From Alphaproteobacteria bacterium (GTDB taxonomy: Bacteria > Pseudomonadota > Alphaproteobacteria > UBA7887): 64,000 nt of DNA. Made by a program: the position numbers and the translations under genes. The number at the start of each line of letters is the position of its first letter. Position 1 is the stretch's first letter. The notes under the pieces are model-generated. The model searched no databases. It had not been told where the DNA came from and saw only the letters and a list, made by a program, of their open reading frames with translations. Location of the stretch: the NCBI GenBank assembly GCA_965216755.1, contig CBDCGL010000011.1:1760001-1824000 (forward strand), read 5' to 3'. This document shows, piece by piece, positions 29,852 to 40,487 of the stretch.

Positions 29852-30427
29852 ATGGCGATACTGAAAATTGCCCAAATGGGCCATCCCATCCTGGCGCGGC
29901 GTGCCGACCCGGTTGCCAATCCAGATGCGGCCGAGATCAAATCCCTGATCCGCCATATGCGCGAAACGCTGGACGACGCGGGGGGAGTCGGTCTTGCCGC
30001 ACCGCAAGTGCATGTGCCGCTGAGGGTTTTGATCTTCGAAGCACCGGCGACCCGGATCGGCCCCGACGAGGCCGAGAGCGCGGCGGAGCCACGTCGCGTC
30101 CTGATCAATCCAGAGTTGGATGTCGTCGGCGACGACATGGAGATCGGTTGGGAGGGCTGTCTGTCGGTCGAGGGGCTGCGAGGTGCCGTGCCACGCTACA
30201 CCCATATCCGCTATCGCGGCCTGTCAGACGATGGCGAAATGATCGAGCGCGAGGCCCACGGCTTTCATGCGCGGGTTTTTCAGCACGAATTCGACCATCT
30301 TGATGGCATTCTGTATCCGATGCGCATGACCGACTTGTCGACTCTTCATTTTGTCAGTGAAATGCGGTTTCACCCGGGCGCGATGGGTCCCGATCCGAAC
30401 ACGGATGCGAAGGGAGAAGATGACTGA
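29852..30427 (+). CDS. def: Peptide deformylase
   Basis: GVGLAAPQV, EGCLS and QHEFDHLDG motifs. Confidence 0.97.
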   Translation: MAILKIAQMGHPILARRADPVANPDAAEIKSLIRHMRETLDDAGGVGLAAPQVHVPLRVLIFEAPATRIGPDEAESAAEPRRVLINPELDVVGDDMEIGWEGCLSVEGLRGAVPRYTHIRYRGLSDDGEMIEREAHGFHARVFQHEFDHLDGILYPMRMTDLSTLHFVSEMRFHPGAMGPDPNTDAKGEDD

Positions 30428-31076
30428 CGCACCAAGACATCCGCACGCAGCGGCCCGTGTCGCTATACTGGCCGCCGCTTTGCAGCGTATTCCATTTGAA
30501 GGCTGGACAGCGCAATGCGTTGCCCGCGCGACGCGTGACGCCGGATTCGAACCGACGATGGCCGGACGTGCCTTTCCGCACGGTGTCCGCGATTTACTGG
30601 AATTGTTCCTTGAGGACGCAGACGCCCAAATGGTTGCGGCGCTGGAAAAGCAGAATCTCACGGCTTTGCCGGTTCGAGAACGCATTGCGCGCGCCGTTCG
30701 GATCCGCCTGGAACAGCAAAGCGAAAATCGGGAGACCATCCGGCGCGCCATCGCTTTGCAAGCAACACCGCAATACGTACCGTCGGCGAGCCGCGCGCTG
30801 GCGCGTACGGTTGACCTCATGTGGCGCGCGGCCGGCGATAGCGCGACGGATTTCAACTATTACACGAAGCGCGGCTTGCTGGCCGGAGTCTATACCAGCA
30901 CCACGTTTTATTGGCTCAGCGATCGTTCGTCCGGCAACGCCGCGACATGGCAATTTCTCGATCGTCGGATCGAAAATGTCATGGCAATCCAGAAGTTGCG
31001 CGCTCGATTCGAAAAACGGCTTGCATCTTTAAACCCCGTTTTGCGGCGCGTTCTTGCGCGCCACGGGTCGCGCTAA
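30420..31076 (+). CDS. COQ9 family ubiquinone biosynthesis protein
   Basis: IPFEGW, WRAAGDSATDFNYYTKRGLL and TWQFLDRRIENVM motifs. Confidence 0.92.
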   Translation: MTDAPRHPHAAARVAILAAALQRIPFEGWTAQCVARATRDAGFEPTMAGRAFPHGVRDLLELFLEDADAQMVAALEKQNLTALPVRERIARAVRIRLEQQSENRETIRRAIALQATPQYVPSASRALARTVDLMWRAAGDSATDFNYYTKRGLLAGVYTSTTFYWLSDRSSGNAATWQFLDRRIENVMAIQKLRARFEKRLASLNPVLRRVLARHGSR

Positions 31077-31088
31077 CCTGTGGACGGA

Positions 31089-32174
31089 TTATTTCAGTCG
31101 CGTGACATGGCCCATCTTGCGCCCCGGCCGGATCTCCTTTTTGCCGTAGAGGTGTAAACGCGCCCCAGGTTCGGCCGATATTTCCGGCCAGGCGCGCACC
31201 GCATCGCCGATCAGGTTCGTCATGACCGCATCGGCCTGACGTGCAACGGACCCCAACGGCAAACCGCAAATGGCGCGCACAACCTGTTCAAACTGGCTTG
31301 TCGCGCAGGCATCCAGGGTCCAGTGACCTGAGTTGTGCGGGCGCGGCGCCAATTCGTTGACGAGCACGCGACCAGCGTGGGTGACAAACATCTCAACCGC
31401 TAGTAAGCCAACCAAGTCAAGCGCTTCCGCAATTTGGCGCGCGATTTCGTCGGCGGCGGAAGCAACGCGTTTCGCTACCGGCGCCGGCACGATGGTCCGA
31501 TCCAAAACATGATTGGCATGATGGTTCTCAACGGCGTCATAGGTGGCCATTTGGCCGTCGACCCCGCGGGCGACGATGACCGAAATCTCGCGCTCGAAAT
31601 CGACAAAAGCCTCAACGATCCCGCGGTCACCACCCATGGTTTTCCAGGCCGTCCCGACGTCGGCCTGATCGTCGATCCGTACCTGTCCCTTGCCGTCATA
31701 TCCCATCCGAGCGGTCTTGAGGACAGCCGGTAATCCGATTCCATCAAGAGCTGATGCGATCGCAGCGGCATCGGCGACCTCCGAGAAATCCGTGGTCGCG
31801 ACGCCAATACCGCGCAGAAAAGACTTTTCGGCGATCCGATCCTGTGCGACCGCAAGAATGTTGGCGCTTGGGCGCACGGGCACGCGTTCCGCTAGCCACG
31901 CAACGGGTGCAACCGGAAGATTCTCGAATTCCAATGTGACGACGTCGACACGCGCCGCGAAGTCAGCCAGGGCCAACTCGTCACCATATGGCGCAGTGGT
32001 TTGCTGGGCGCTAACCAGACCGGCAGGCGCATCGACCTCGGGGCAAAAGACATGGCACCGATAGCCCAGCCGCGCGGCGGCCAGCGCCAGCATGCGGCCC
32101 AATTGACCGCCACCCAAAATACCGATGGTCGCTCCCGGCGCGATCACGGCCCCGTGGCGTCCGCTAGGAGTCAT
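31089..32174 (-). CDS. purK: N5-CAIR synthetase
   Basis: [33 protein letters not shown] and RPGRKMGHV motifs. Confidence 0.97.
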   Translation of the reverse strand: MTPSGRHGAVIAPGATIGILGGGQLGRMLALAAARLGYRCHVFCPEVDAPAGLVSAQQTTAPYGDELALADFAARVDVVTLEFENLPVAPVAWLAERVPVRPSANILAVAQDRIAEKSFLRGIGVATTDFSEVADAAAIASALDGIGLPAVLKTARMGYDGKGQVRIDDQADVGTAWKTMGGDRGIVEAFVDFEREISVIVARGVDGQMATYDAVENHHANHVLDRTIVPAPVAKRVASAADEIARQIAEALDLVGLLAVEMFVTHAGRVLVNELAPRPHNSGHWTLDACATSQFEQVVRAICGLPLGSVARQADAVMTNLIGDAVRAWPEISAEPGARLHLYGKKEIRPGRKMGHVTRLK

Positions 32175-32664
32175 CCTTCGGCGTCTCGGCCACGGACGCT
32201 GTCTGCTGCACCCGATACGCCGTCAATGCATTGGCAACCTGCTCGTTTTCCAGACCGACAACCGCGGCGGCCAAGAGCGCCGCATTGATGGCGCCGGCAC
32301 GACCAATGGCGGTTGTCCCGACCGGAACGCCAGCAGGCATTTGCACAATCGAAAGCAGACTATCCAAGCCACTCAATGCCTTGCTCTCAATCGGAACACC
32401 AAAGACCGGCAACGTTGTCATCGACGCGCTCATACCCGGCAAGTGAGCGGCGCCACCAGCGCCAGCGATAATCGCGCGTAGACCGCGATCGCGAGCCCCC
32501 GTCGCGTATTCATACAAACGATGAGGTGTACGATGGGCTGACACAATTCGGCATTCATGGGTAACGCCAAGCTGCTCAAGCGTGGCTGCGCAGTGGCGCA
32601 TCGTATCCCAGTCTGACTGACTGCCCATGATGACGCCGACCAGGACATCTTGCGAACCAGTCAT
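32164..32664 (-). CDS. purE: N5-CAIR mutase
   Basis: [25 protein letters not shown] and [11 protein letters not shown] motifs. Confidence 0.97.
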   Translation of the reverse strand: MTGSQDVLVGVIMGSQSDWDTMRHCAATLEQLGVTHECRIVSAHRTPHRLYEYATGARDRGLRAIIAGAGGAAHLPGMSASMTTLPVFGVPIESKALSGLDSLLSIVQMPAGVPVGTTAIGRAGAINAALLAAAVVGLENEQVANALTAYRVQQTASVAETPKDDS

Positions 32665-32819
32665 CGACCGGCTCCAAAGCGATCACACATCCGACAGACG
32701 GCCCCCGTTCCCGGACTTTGCTGCTTTTGCCATGCACACCGAAAAAAGCGTAAGCATACGCTGTGCAAATCCCAATCCTGGTGCACAGTACAGGATTCCT
32801 CAGCCGTCAATATCCAGCA

Positions 32820-33017
32820 TTAAGCGATGATGTCTGGCAACAAATCGCTTTCGATTTTGGTAATCTTATCTTTGATGGCTAGCTTACGTTTCTTGAGCCG
32901 CTGGATTTCGACATCGTCAAACCGGCCTTCGTTGAAAATCGCCCGTATCTGGTCATCCAGAACGCGATGTTCAGCCCGAAGGCTTTCCAGTTCTTCCGCC
33001 AGTGCGTCCTTGTTCAT
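32820..33017 (-). CDS. DUF465/YdcH family coiled-coil protein
   Basis: LRAEHRVLDDQI...RLKKRKLAIKDKI...LLPDIIA. Confidence 0.9.
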   Translation of the reverse strand: MNKDALAEELESLRAEHRVLDDQIRAIFNEGRFDDVEIQRLKKRKLAIKDKITKIESDLLPDIIA

Positions 33018-33185
33018 CGGACCCCGATTGATTGTTTTTCCTGGTGCTCCCCCGCACCCTATTTACAGTATGGAAACAGTACCAGAGATGACCTGGTAAT
33101 AAAACCTTCACGGCTTTCGAAAGCCGCCCGCCTGCGCCCCCGCCACGCCCAAAACTATCGAGTTATCAATAACTTGGTGAAGATT

Positions 33186-34316
33186 ATGACGACCCAGAAC
33201 CGAAACCGAACTTTCGACAAAAAGAAGATTGGGATATTGACCAGCGGCGGTGATTGCGCGGGCTTGAACGCAATTATCCGCGCCGTCGTCCATCGGGCGA
33301 AACGGACCTATGGTTGGGATGTCTTGGGCATTAAGCAAGGGACCGACGGTTTGGCTTCGCGACCAATCGATGCCGCGCCCCTGGACTTCGAGGCGGTCGG
33401 CGGCCGAATCATTGTCATGAGTGGGACGATCCTCGGCACCACCAGTCGCGGCGGGTTGTTCGAGGACGACGACTTCGCAAAACCCACCGACCGGGCCAAA
33501 GAGATTGCCGAAGGCTATCACATCGCCGGTCTGGATGCTCTGATCGGAATCGGCGGCGACGGCAGCATGTCGATTCTGCAGCGGCTGGCCGAAATGGGTG
33601 ACTGGAAGTTGGTCGCCATCCCCAAGACGATTGACAACGATGTCGGTCTGACTGAACACGCAACCGGCTTCGACACAGCGGTCCACGTCGCCACGGAAGC
33701 TTTGGATCGCTTGCATTTTACGGCGGCGAGCCATAATCGCGTCATGATCTTGGAAGTGATGGGTCGAGATGCCGGCCACATCGCGTTGCGTGCCGGCATC
33801 GCTGGTGCAGCGGACGTAATCTTGATCCCGGAGATTCCGTACACCCTGGAGGCCATTCGCGCCAAAATCGAAAAACGCGCGCGCCGCGGGATGAACCACA
33901 GCCTGATCATCACAGCCGAGGCGGTGAAGACAGAGACGGGCGAGTCAGTATTGACGGTACAAGCGGACGGCGCGAAGCGCTATGGCGGCATTGGCCACTA
34001 TCTGGCCGCCCGCCTCGCAACATTATGCAAGGCGGACACACGGGTCACCGTGTTGGGGCACGTCCAGCGCGGCGGCATTCCAACCCACACCGATCGCATG
34101 TTGGCCTCTGCTTTTGGCGTCCACGCCGTTGACCTGGTTGCCCAACAGCGCTTTGACCGCATGGTCGCATGGCAGAACCGTCGTGTCGTCGATGTCTCGA
34201 TCAATGCGGCGACTCAGAGCCATGCAGCCGTCGACACGGCGGATCCATTGATCCATACGGCTCGCGGATTGGGTATTTGCTTGGGCGACGAGATCGACGA
34301 CAGCGACGGCGATTAG
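33186..34316 (+). CDS. pfkA: 6-phosphofructokinase (PfkA family)
   Basis: LTSGGDCAGLN, IGGDGS, PKTIDND, EVMGRDAG and LGHVQRGG. GGDG plus PKTIDND is the ATP-type signature. Confidence 0.92.
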   Translation: MTTQNRNRTFDKKKIGILTSGGDCAGLNAIIRAVVHRAKRTYGWDVLGIKQGTDGLASRPIDAAPLDFEAVGGRIIVMSGTILGTTSRGGLFEDDDFAKPTDRAKEIAEGYHIAGLDALIGIGGDGSMSILQRLAEMGDWKLVAIPKTIDNDVGLTEHATGFDTAVHVATEALDRLHFTAASHNRVMILEVMGRDAGHIALRAGIAGAADVILIPEIPYTLEAIRAKIEKRARRGMNHSLIITAEAVKTETGESVLTVQADGAKRYGGIGHYLAARLATLCKADTRVTVLGHVQRGGIPTHTDRMLASAFGVHAVDLVAQQRFDRMVAWQNRRVVDVSINAATQSHAAVDTADPLIHTARGLGICLGDEIDDSDGD

Positions 34317-34324
34317 TCGCCAAG

Positions 34325-35284
34325 CTAGACTTTGATGTTATTGATCGCGGCGACCAAACCGGCCGCGATTCCGGGTTCACTGGCGCTGTGACCTGCGCCC
34401 GGGACGATATGCAACACAGCATCGGGCCAAGCCTGCGCAAGCCGCACGGCACCCCGCGGCGGACACAACAAATCATAGCGCCCCTGCACGATAGTGCCGG
34501 GTATGCCCTCAAGTTTCCAAGCATTGGCATGCAATTGATCAGGCTGCATAAACCAATCATTGTGCATGTAGTGCCATTCGAGGTACGGGGTATTCGGCAC
34601 TGGACCTGTCGCACTCGTCGGATCCAACGCGGCGGGCAGCGCTGTGTTGTCCGGTTTCAAGACCGACAGCGCGCGTTCGTAGGCGCCCCATGTTCGCGCC
34701 GCCATTTCATGTACTGCGGGATCACTGTGCTCGAGTCGAGCACCGTAAGCCGCGACCGGATCGGCGCGCTCTGCTTCCGGCAGGAGATCGACGAACTTGC
34801 GCCATAGAGATGGATAAAAGGTCTGCGCCGCGCCGACGAAGGCCCATTCCGAACCGGTTCTGGTGCCCAAAAAAACCGCCCGCAAGACAAGTCCCAAAAC
34901 ACGTTCGGGATGCGACTCGGCATATGCCAATCCCAGCGTCGATCCCCAAGAACCGCCAACCACCAGCCATCGGTCGATTGCCAGGGCCTGGCGGATCGCT
35001 TCCAGATCAGCCACCAGGTGCCACGTGGTATTGGCCGCGAGGCCACGCTTCGGCGTGCTGCGGCCGGCGCCACGTTGATCAAACAAAATCACGCGAAAGC
35101 GCCTCGGATCAAACAAGCGCGCGTGATCACGCTGACAACCGCTGCCCGGTCCGCCATGCAGGAACACTGCAGGCGTACCATCGGGCACGCCAAACTGCTC
35201 CAGATAGAGGATATGTCCGTCGCCGACGTCGATGCGTCGGCTGTCGAAAGAAGAGGCAAGCGGAAACAATCCATGCTGCGCCAT
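34325..35284 (-). CDS. pip: Proline iminopeptidase
   Basis: FLHGGPGSG, FDQRGAGRS, GGSWGS, QGRYD and GAGH motifs. Confidence 0.92.
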   Translation of the reverse strand: MAQHGLFPLASSFDSRRIDVGDGHILYLEQFGVPDGTPAVFLHGGPGSGCQRDHARLFDPRRFRVILFDQRGAGRSTPKRGLAANTTWHLVADLEAIRQALAIDRWLVVGGSWGSTLGLAYAESHPERVLGLVLRAVFLGTRTGSEWAFVGAAQTFYPSLWRKFVDLLPEAERADPVAAYGARLEHSDPAVHEMAARTWGAYERALSVLKPDNTALPAALDPTSATGPVPNTPYLEWHYMHNDWFMQPDQLHANAWKLEGIPGTIVQGRYDLLCPPRGAVRLAQAWPDAVLHIVPGAGHSASEPGIAAGLVAAINNIKV

Positions 35285-35321
35285 TAGCCGCCCGCCCACT
35301 CCAAGCCGTTGATCACCCGCC

Positions 35322-37208
35322 TCATTGGGCGGCCACGGTCGATGCGATGCGACCGCCATCGCGAAACTCCAGGGCGACCAGGCGCGCGTAAAGGCCACCT
35401 TCGGCGACTAAAGTGTCGTGGTCACCCGTGGCAACCACCCTGCCCTTGTCAATGACGATGATCCGGTCCGCATTGCGTACTGTCGCCAAACGATGCGCGA
35501 TGATCAATGTCGTGCGCCCCGCCATAAGTTCGCTTAGGGCCTGCTGGACGACACGTTCGCTTTCGGCATCAAGTGCGCTTGTGGCTTCATCCAACAGCAA
35601 GACAGCCGGATCACGCAGCACTGCACGGGCAATGGCAATTCTCTGGCGCTGTCCGCCCGACAGGCGCACGCCGCGTGGCCCTAAATGTGTCCCAAAGCCA
35701 TCCGGCAACTCATCAAGGAAGCCTTCCGCCGCCGCCGCACGTGCCGCATCGCGGATCGCGTCGCGTCCGGCTTCCGGTCGTCCGTAGCCGATATTCTCCC
35801 AGGCGTCGTTCCCGAAGATCGCTGGTTCCTGAGGAACGATGGCCATGCACCGGCGCACATCGCGTGGATCCAAGTTGCGCAGATCGGTGCCATCCAGCGT
35901 TACACGTCCCGCCTGCGGATCGTAAAAGCGTTGCAACAGCTGGAAAATCGTCGTCTTGCCGGCACCAGAAGGCCCCACTAGGGCGATTGATTCGCCTGGC
36001 GCGATGGAAAATGTCAAACCTTCCAGGGCCGGTGCGTCGTGCCGTGTCGGGTAGTGGAACGTAACATTGTCAAACGCGACAGCGCCCGCGACCGGGCCGT
36101 GCAACGGAACGGCTGTCGGAGCGGTAACTATTTCCGGTGCCACGGACAACAGTGCCATCAAACGTTCGGTTGCCCCGGCCGCCCTTTGCAGATCGCCAAG
36201 CACTTCACTGATCGCACCTACCGCGCCAGCGACGACAATCGCAAAGAAAATAAATTGTGACAGCTCGCCAGCGCTGATCGCGCCGGCCATCACGTCGCGG
36301 CCGCCCACCCACAACACCAGGGCGATCGCCCCAAATACGGTCAACATGACGAACGCCGTCATCGCGCCGCGTGCGCGCACACGGCGGATGGCCACCACAA
36401 AGGCTGTTTCCACACGATCACGAAAGCGCGCGCGATCGATATCTTCATGGTTGAAAGCTTGGACCGTGTTGACCGCGTTCACGGTTTCTTCGACATGACT
36501 GGCGGCGTCTGCAACCTTATCTTGACTATCTCGGGACAGCCGCCGGACGCGCCGGCCAAAAAACACGATCGGAAAAACGACCGCCGGCACGAGCAAAAAC
36601 ACCAATCCGGTCAGCTTTGGGCTGGTGACCGCCAGCATGACCGTTGCCCCGATAAACAACAGTGCGTTGCGCAACGCGATCGATGCGCTGCTGCCGACAA
36701 CGACTTGCAGCAGGGTGGTGTCGGTGGTTAAGCGCGACAGAATTTCACCGGTCGGGGTCGATTCGAAAAAGGTTGGCGACAATCCGATAACGTGGTCGTA
36801 AACATCGCGTCGGATGTCGGCAACGACGCGTTCACCCAACCATGACACCAAGTAAAACCGGGCGTAGGTGGCTAGGGCGAGTACCGCGATCACCGCGATC
36901 AAAATCAACAACGCCGTGTCCAGCGCGCCGGGGTCGCCACCCCCGAATCCATTGTCGATCAACCAGCGCAGCCCGACGCCGACCGACAACACGGTCGCCG
37001 ATGCAATCGTCAATGCCACCAGCGCACCGGCAATGATCCAACCATGCGGTCGCAAGTAACTGATTAGGCGACGCAAATGGCCGAGATCACGGTTCGTGGG
37101 CCGGTCGCTGGCGCGCGCCTGTCCGATATCGACGATTGTGACGGTCTCCACTTCTGCCGATCGATATGAAGCTTGGTCGGATATAACGTCAGCCCACAAG
37201 CGCCACAA
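35322..37208 (-). CDS. ABC exporter, fused permease/ATPase (MsbA-like family)
   Basis: TM domain plus GPSGAGKTT, LSGGQRQR and LLLDEATSALD. The true start is probably ~60 nt downstream of 37208. Confidence 0.93.
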   Translation of the reverse strand: MWRLWADVISDQASYRSAEVETVTIVDIGQARASDRPTNRDLGHLRRLISYLRPHGWIIAGALVALTIASATVLSVGVGLRWLIDNGFGGGDPGALDTALLILIAVIAVLALATYARFYLVSWLGERVVADIRRDVYDHVIGLSPTFFESTPTGEILSRLTTDTTLLQVVVGSSASIALRNALLFIGATVMLAVTSPKLTGLVFLLVPAVVFPIVFFGRRVRRLSRDSQDKVADAASHVEETVNAVNTVQAFNHEDIDRARFRDRVETAFVVAIRRVRARGAMTAFVMLTVFGAIALVLWVGGRDVMAGAISAGELSQFIFFAIVVAGAVGAISEVLGDLQRAAGATERLMALLSVAPEIVTAPTAVPLHGPVAGAVAFDNVTFHYPTRHDAPALEGLTFSIAPGESIALVGPSGAGKTTIFQLLQRFYDPQAGRVTLDGTDLRNLDPRDVRRCMAIVPQEPAIFGNDAWENIGYGRPEAGRDAIRDAARAAAAEGFLDELPDGFGTHLGPRGVRLSGGQRQRIAIARAVLRDPAVLLLDEATSALDAESERVVQQALSELMAGRTTLIIAHRLATVRNADRIIVIDKGRVVATGDHDTLVAEGGLYARLVALEFRDGGRIASTVAAQ

Positions 37209-37333
37209 GGGGCAGCACTGTCAGGTGGGGCTTGTTTCAGTGCGCCGACTTCGCTATACCGCCGCCTCGACGACTGACATGACGGTGATACGACCTATCT
37301 GCGTCGAGATGCATCGCGCCAAGGAGAGTTGGC

Positions 37334-37558
37334 ATGAAAAAAAACATTCATCCGGACTATCATGAAATCACCGTCATCATGACCGACGGCACGGAATTCA
37401 AAACTCGATCAACTTACGGCAAAGAGGGCGATACGCTGCGGCTGGACGTCGACCCTAGAACGCACCCGGCCTGGACCGGCGGCGCCACGCAGATCATTGA
37501 TACCGGCGGTCAAGTCGCGCGCTTCAACAAGCGCTTTCAGGGTATTGGTCTCAAATAG
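37334..37558 (+). CDS. rpmE: 50S ribosomal protein L31
   Basis: [10 protein letters not shown]...THPAWTGG...VARFNKRF (Cys-less type). Confidence 0.97.
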   Translation: MKKNIHPDYHEITVIMTDGTEFKTRSTYGKEGDTLRLDVDPRTHPAWTGGATQIIDTGGQVARFNKRFQGIGLK

Positions 37559-37571
37559 ATCACCGACGAAC

Positions 37572-38015
37572 TCAATTGGACGGACATAGACGCGACAACG
37601 CGCGTCGGATCTTGTCTGGTATCGGCGTCGTCCTATGCTGGGCTGCACGCTCCACGAATACGTGCACGAAGTAGCCGATCGCCGCCGGGTCGTCCTCACC
37701 GCGGCGAAACAAGCCGATTTCATAGACGACACTGGTCCGCCCCAGCTTGGTCACCCGTAGCCCCGCATCCAAGATCTCAGGATGGCTCAAAGGCTTAAGA
37801 TAGCGGCAGCGCGTCTCGGGGATAATGCCGATGGCCGGATCGTTGTGAATGTCGAAGCCGCCCTCGTCGATCATGTGGCCATTGACGACCGTATCGATGT
37901 ATTCGTAATAGACGATGTTGTTGACGTGCCCGTAGATGTCATTGTCCTTCCAGCGGGTCTGGATCTCGCGAAAATAGGGATAGTCGTTGCGCGTGCGCTG
38001 GTCGTCCGTGGTCAC
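37572..38015 (-). CDS. Acyl-CoA thioesterase (4HBT/hotdog fold)
   Basis: TRWKDNDIYGHVNN, LGRTSVVYEIG and FVHVFV motifs. Confidence 0.9.
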   Translation of the reverse strand: MTTDDQRTRNDYPYFREIQTRWKDNDIYGHVNNIVYYEYIDTVVNGHMIDEGGFDIHNDPAIGIIPETRCRYLKPLSHPEILDAGLRVTKLGRTSVVYEIGLFRRGEDDPAAIGYFVHVFVERAAQHRTTPIPDKIRRALSRLCPSN

Positions 38016-38055
38016 GGCTCTGCCGGCTCCTTTTGCAGTTCGGGATGTGGTCGTT

Positions 38056-38844
38056 CTATAGGAACGTGGCCAAGGCCTTGAGCGTCGCGTCGGGCTTTTC
38101 AATCATCATCATATGCCCGCTGTCCGGGATCATGGCCAAGCGGCCGTTCGGCAGGGATTCGCTTAGTTGCTGGCAGGCACGCATCGGCACCATGCGGTCG
38201 CTGGCGCCGCCAATGACGATCGCCGGACAAGAAACGGCAGACGCCGCTGCGGGCCCCCGTTGATAGGCGTTGCACGCGTTGAAATCAGCATACAGCGTTG
38301 CGCCGCCGTCTCTTTCCAACAGCCTCTGTCCGCCGGCGAGCATCCATAGTCCGGGCGCGCGCATGCCACCGATATGGGCCCGCTGGCCGTAAGCCCACGA
38401 GACGATGAAGCGGATCGCTGCCGCGGGGTCATCTTTGGTCGCAGTCAGCAGTGCCTCGTTGACCGGCATGGCGTCGCCGGCCCCGAGAACGGCGATCGCG
38501 ATAATTCGATCTCCAAACTGCGCCGCGGCTTCCAACGCGATTAGGCCGCCCATACTGTGGCCGACCAATGCGGCGCGCTGCAATCCGGCAGCATCTAGCA
38601 AACCGCTCACCCAGCTGGCAGCATCTTCAATTGATGTCAGCGCCGGGCCGTCGCTGCGCCCATGCCCGGGCAAATCGACCGCCAACACGGCATGACCATG
38701 ATGGGCGAAGTAACGGGCCTGTAGTGCCCAAACCGTGCGATCCATACCCGCCCCGTGCAAAAACACCAGGCCTGGTTGCGAAGGATCGAACGAGGCACCA
38801 CCCGTCGCCGCATAGGCCGACCGACCGTTGACCGTGAGTTCCAT
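38056..38844 (-). CDS. Alpha/beta hydrolase
   Basis: FLHGAG, DLPGHGRS, GHSMGG and SGHMMM motifs. Confidence 0.92.
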   Translation of the reverse strand: MELTVNGRSAYAATGGASFDPSQPGLVFLHGAGMDRTVWALQARYFAHHGHAVLAVDLPGHGRSDGPALTSIEDAASWVSGLLDAAGLQRAALVGHSMGGLIALEAAAQFGDRIIAIAVLGAGDAMPVNEALLTATKDDPAAAIRFIVSWAYGQRAHIGGMRAPGLWMLAGGQRLLERDGGATLYADFNACNAYQRGPAAASAVSCPAIVIGGASDRMVPMRACQQLSESLPNGRLAMIPDSGHMMMIEKPDATLKALATFL

Positions 38845-38847
38845 GAC

Positions 38848-40173
38848 CTAGCCCTGTACCGCATTTGCCGTTTTTCGGGTTTTTTGGGACGCTCGCAGGG
38901 CGCGATCCAAATCGTCGATGAGGTCGTCAGGATCCTCCAACCCGATCGACAGACGCACCAATTCCTCGCCGATCCCAGCCGCCTTGAGTTGGTCGGGTGA
39001 CATTTGTTGATGCGTCGTGCTGGCTGGATGAATCACCAACGATTTGGCGTCGCCAACGTTTGCCAAGTGGGAAAATAGGTTCAACCGCTCGATAAAAAGC
39101 CTGCCGGCCTGGCGGCCACCTTTAATTCCGAATGAAGGAATCGCGCCGGCACCTTTGGGCAATAGCTTGGCGGCCAGCGCCCGATCCGGGTGACTCTCCA
39201 GTTCCGGATAGCTAACCCACGCGACCGCCGCGTGCTGGTCGAGAAACGTCACGACCTTGCGCGTGTTTTCGACGTGTCGGGCCATGCGCAGTGGCAGATC
39301 TTCAACCCCGAGCACGATATAGAAGGCGTTGGTCGGGCTCATGCAAGCCCCAAAGTCGCGCAGACCCTCGGCGCGCGCGCGCATGATCATTGCCGCCGGC
39401 CCAAACTCGTCGGCGAAATCAAGGCCGTGATATCCCTCATACGGTTCGGTCAAAGTCGGAAACTTGGCCGCCGATGCTTCCCAATCGAACCGACCGCCAT
39501 CAATCAACACGCCGCCGATCGCAACCCCGTGGCCGCCGAGAAATTTTGTGACCGAATGCATGACCAGATCGGCGCCGAGCACGAACGGCTGGCACAAATA
39601 GGGCGTGGCAAATGTATTGTCGATCATCAACGGCAGTCCGGCCCGATGGGCGATCTCTGCCACTGCCGGGATGTCTAGGACTTCCAGACCCGGATTGCCG
39701 AGTGTTTCACCGAATACCAAGCGCGTTTCGGGCCGAATGGCCGCCTCGAATGCCGCCGGGTCACGTGGATCGACAAAAGTGGTTTGAATGCCGAACCGTG
39801 GCAGCGTATGGCAGAACATATTGTAACTTCCGCCATAGAGGCATTTGGACGCTACGATGTGGCCACCGGCATCGATGAGGGTGGCGATCGCCAAATGCAA
39901 AGCGGCTTGACCGCTGGCCGTGCATATTGCCCCGACCCCATTTTCCAGCGCCGACAAGCGCTCCTCCAGGACCGCTACCGTCGGATTGCTGATGCGTGAA
40001 TAGATATGACCGGCGCGTTCGAGATTGAACAGTGACGCGGCATGGGCCGTATCTTCAAACATGTACGATGTTGTTTGGTAAATCGGCACGGCTCGGGCAC
40101 GAAATTCCGGATCAGGATGTTGTCCAGCATGCAACGCCAAAGTATCGAATTTCAGGAAGTCGGGGTCGGCCAT
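38848..40173 (-). CDS. metY: O-acetylhomoserine aminocarboxypropyltransferase (sulfhydrylase)
   Basis: PIYQTTSY, YSRISNPT, DNTFATP, HSVTKFLGGHG (PLP lysine) and HLANVGD...HPASTTH. Confidence 0.88.
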   Translation of the reverse strand: MADPDFLKFDTLALHAGQHPDPEFRARAVPIYQTTSYMFEDTAHAASLFNLERAGHIYSRISNPTVAVLEERLSALENGVGAICTASGQAALHLAIATLIDAGGHIVASKCLYGGSYNMFCHTLPRFGIQTTFVDPRDPAAFEAAIRPETRLVFGETLGNPGLEVLDIPAVAEIAHRAGLPLMIDNTFATPYLCQPFVLGADLVMHSVTKFLGGHGVAIGGVLIDGGRFDWEASAAKFPTLTEPYEGYHGLDFADEFGPAAMIMRARAEGLRDFGACMSPTNAFYIVLGVEDLPLRMARHVENTRKVVTFLDQHAAVAWVSYPELESHPDRALAAKLLPKGAGAIPSFGIKGGRQAGRLFIERLNLFSHLANVGDAKSLVIHPASTTHQQMSPDQLKAAGIGEELVRLSIGLEDPDDLIDDLDRALRASQKTRKTANAVQG

Positions 40174-40290
40174 GCGTGCCTCCTGTGCCTGGAACCATCT
40201 TGGTCGCGGCAAGCCTACACACCGAGTCAGTGGCCGTCTACTTGGCGCCACCGTCGGGCCGAGCCAACACAATCGTCGGCAAATGGCCCC

Positions 40291-40321
40291 AAAAAAAAGA
40301 AGGCCGTCCAAATGGACGGCC
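40291..40321 (-). terminator. Rho-independent terminator
   Basis: 9-bp inverted repeat GGCCGTCCA/TGGACGGCC (40302-40321) with an 8-U tail (A8 at 40291-40298). Confidence 0.88.
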
Positions 40322-40395
40322 AAGGTTAACAGGGAGGTACTCGCAAAAGCCAGAAGGCCGAGAATTGAGCCTTCGTGCTGTGCATCACCAGATAC
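40291..40395 (-). ncRNA. Candidate trans-acting sRNA with CCUCCCU anti-SD motif (suhB/MmgR-like architecture)
   Basis: On the minus strand: hairpin GAAGGC..GCCUUC, single-stranded ACCUCCCUGUU, then terminator GGCCGUCCA-UU-UGGACGGCC-UUCUUUUUUUU. The 5' end is estimated. Confidence 0.6.
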
Positions 40396-40413
40396 CAATT
40401 AATAGCGAAACAC

Positions 40414-40429
40414 TTAATGAAATATTAAC
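40414..40429. promoter_or_regulatory. CtrA binding site
   Basis: TTAA-TGAAATA-TTAAC is an exact TTAA-N7-TTAAC match. A GCTATTAAT -10-like element lies just downstream on the minus strand. Confidence 0.7.
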
Positions 40430-40487
40430 GCAGGCAAAAAACTTTGCTTGCACATAAAAGCGCCTGGGAAAACTAAATGACGCATGA

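Noticed and set aside
40174-40290. SAM riboswitch upstream of metY
   Set aside because: I could not match SAM-II/alpha or SAM-SAH consensus elements by eye. A covariance search would be needed.
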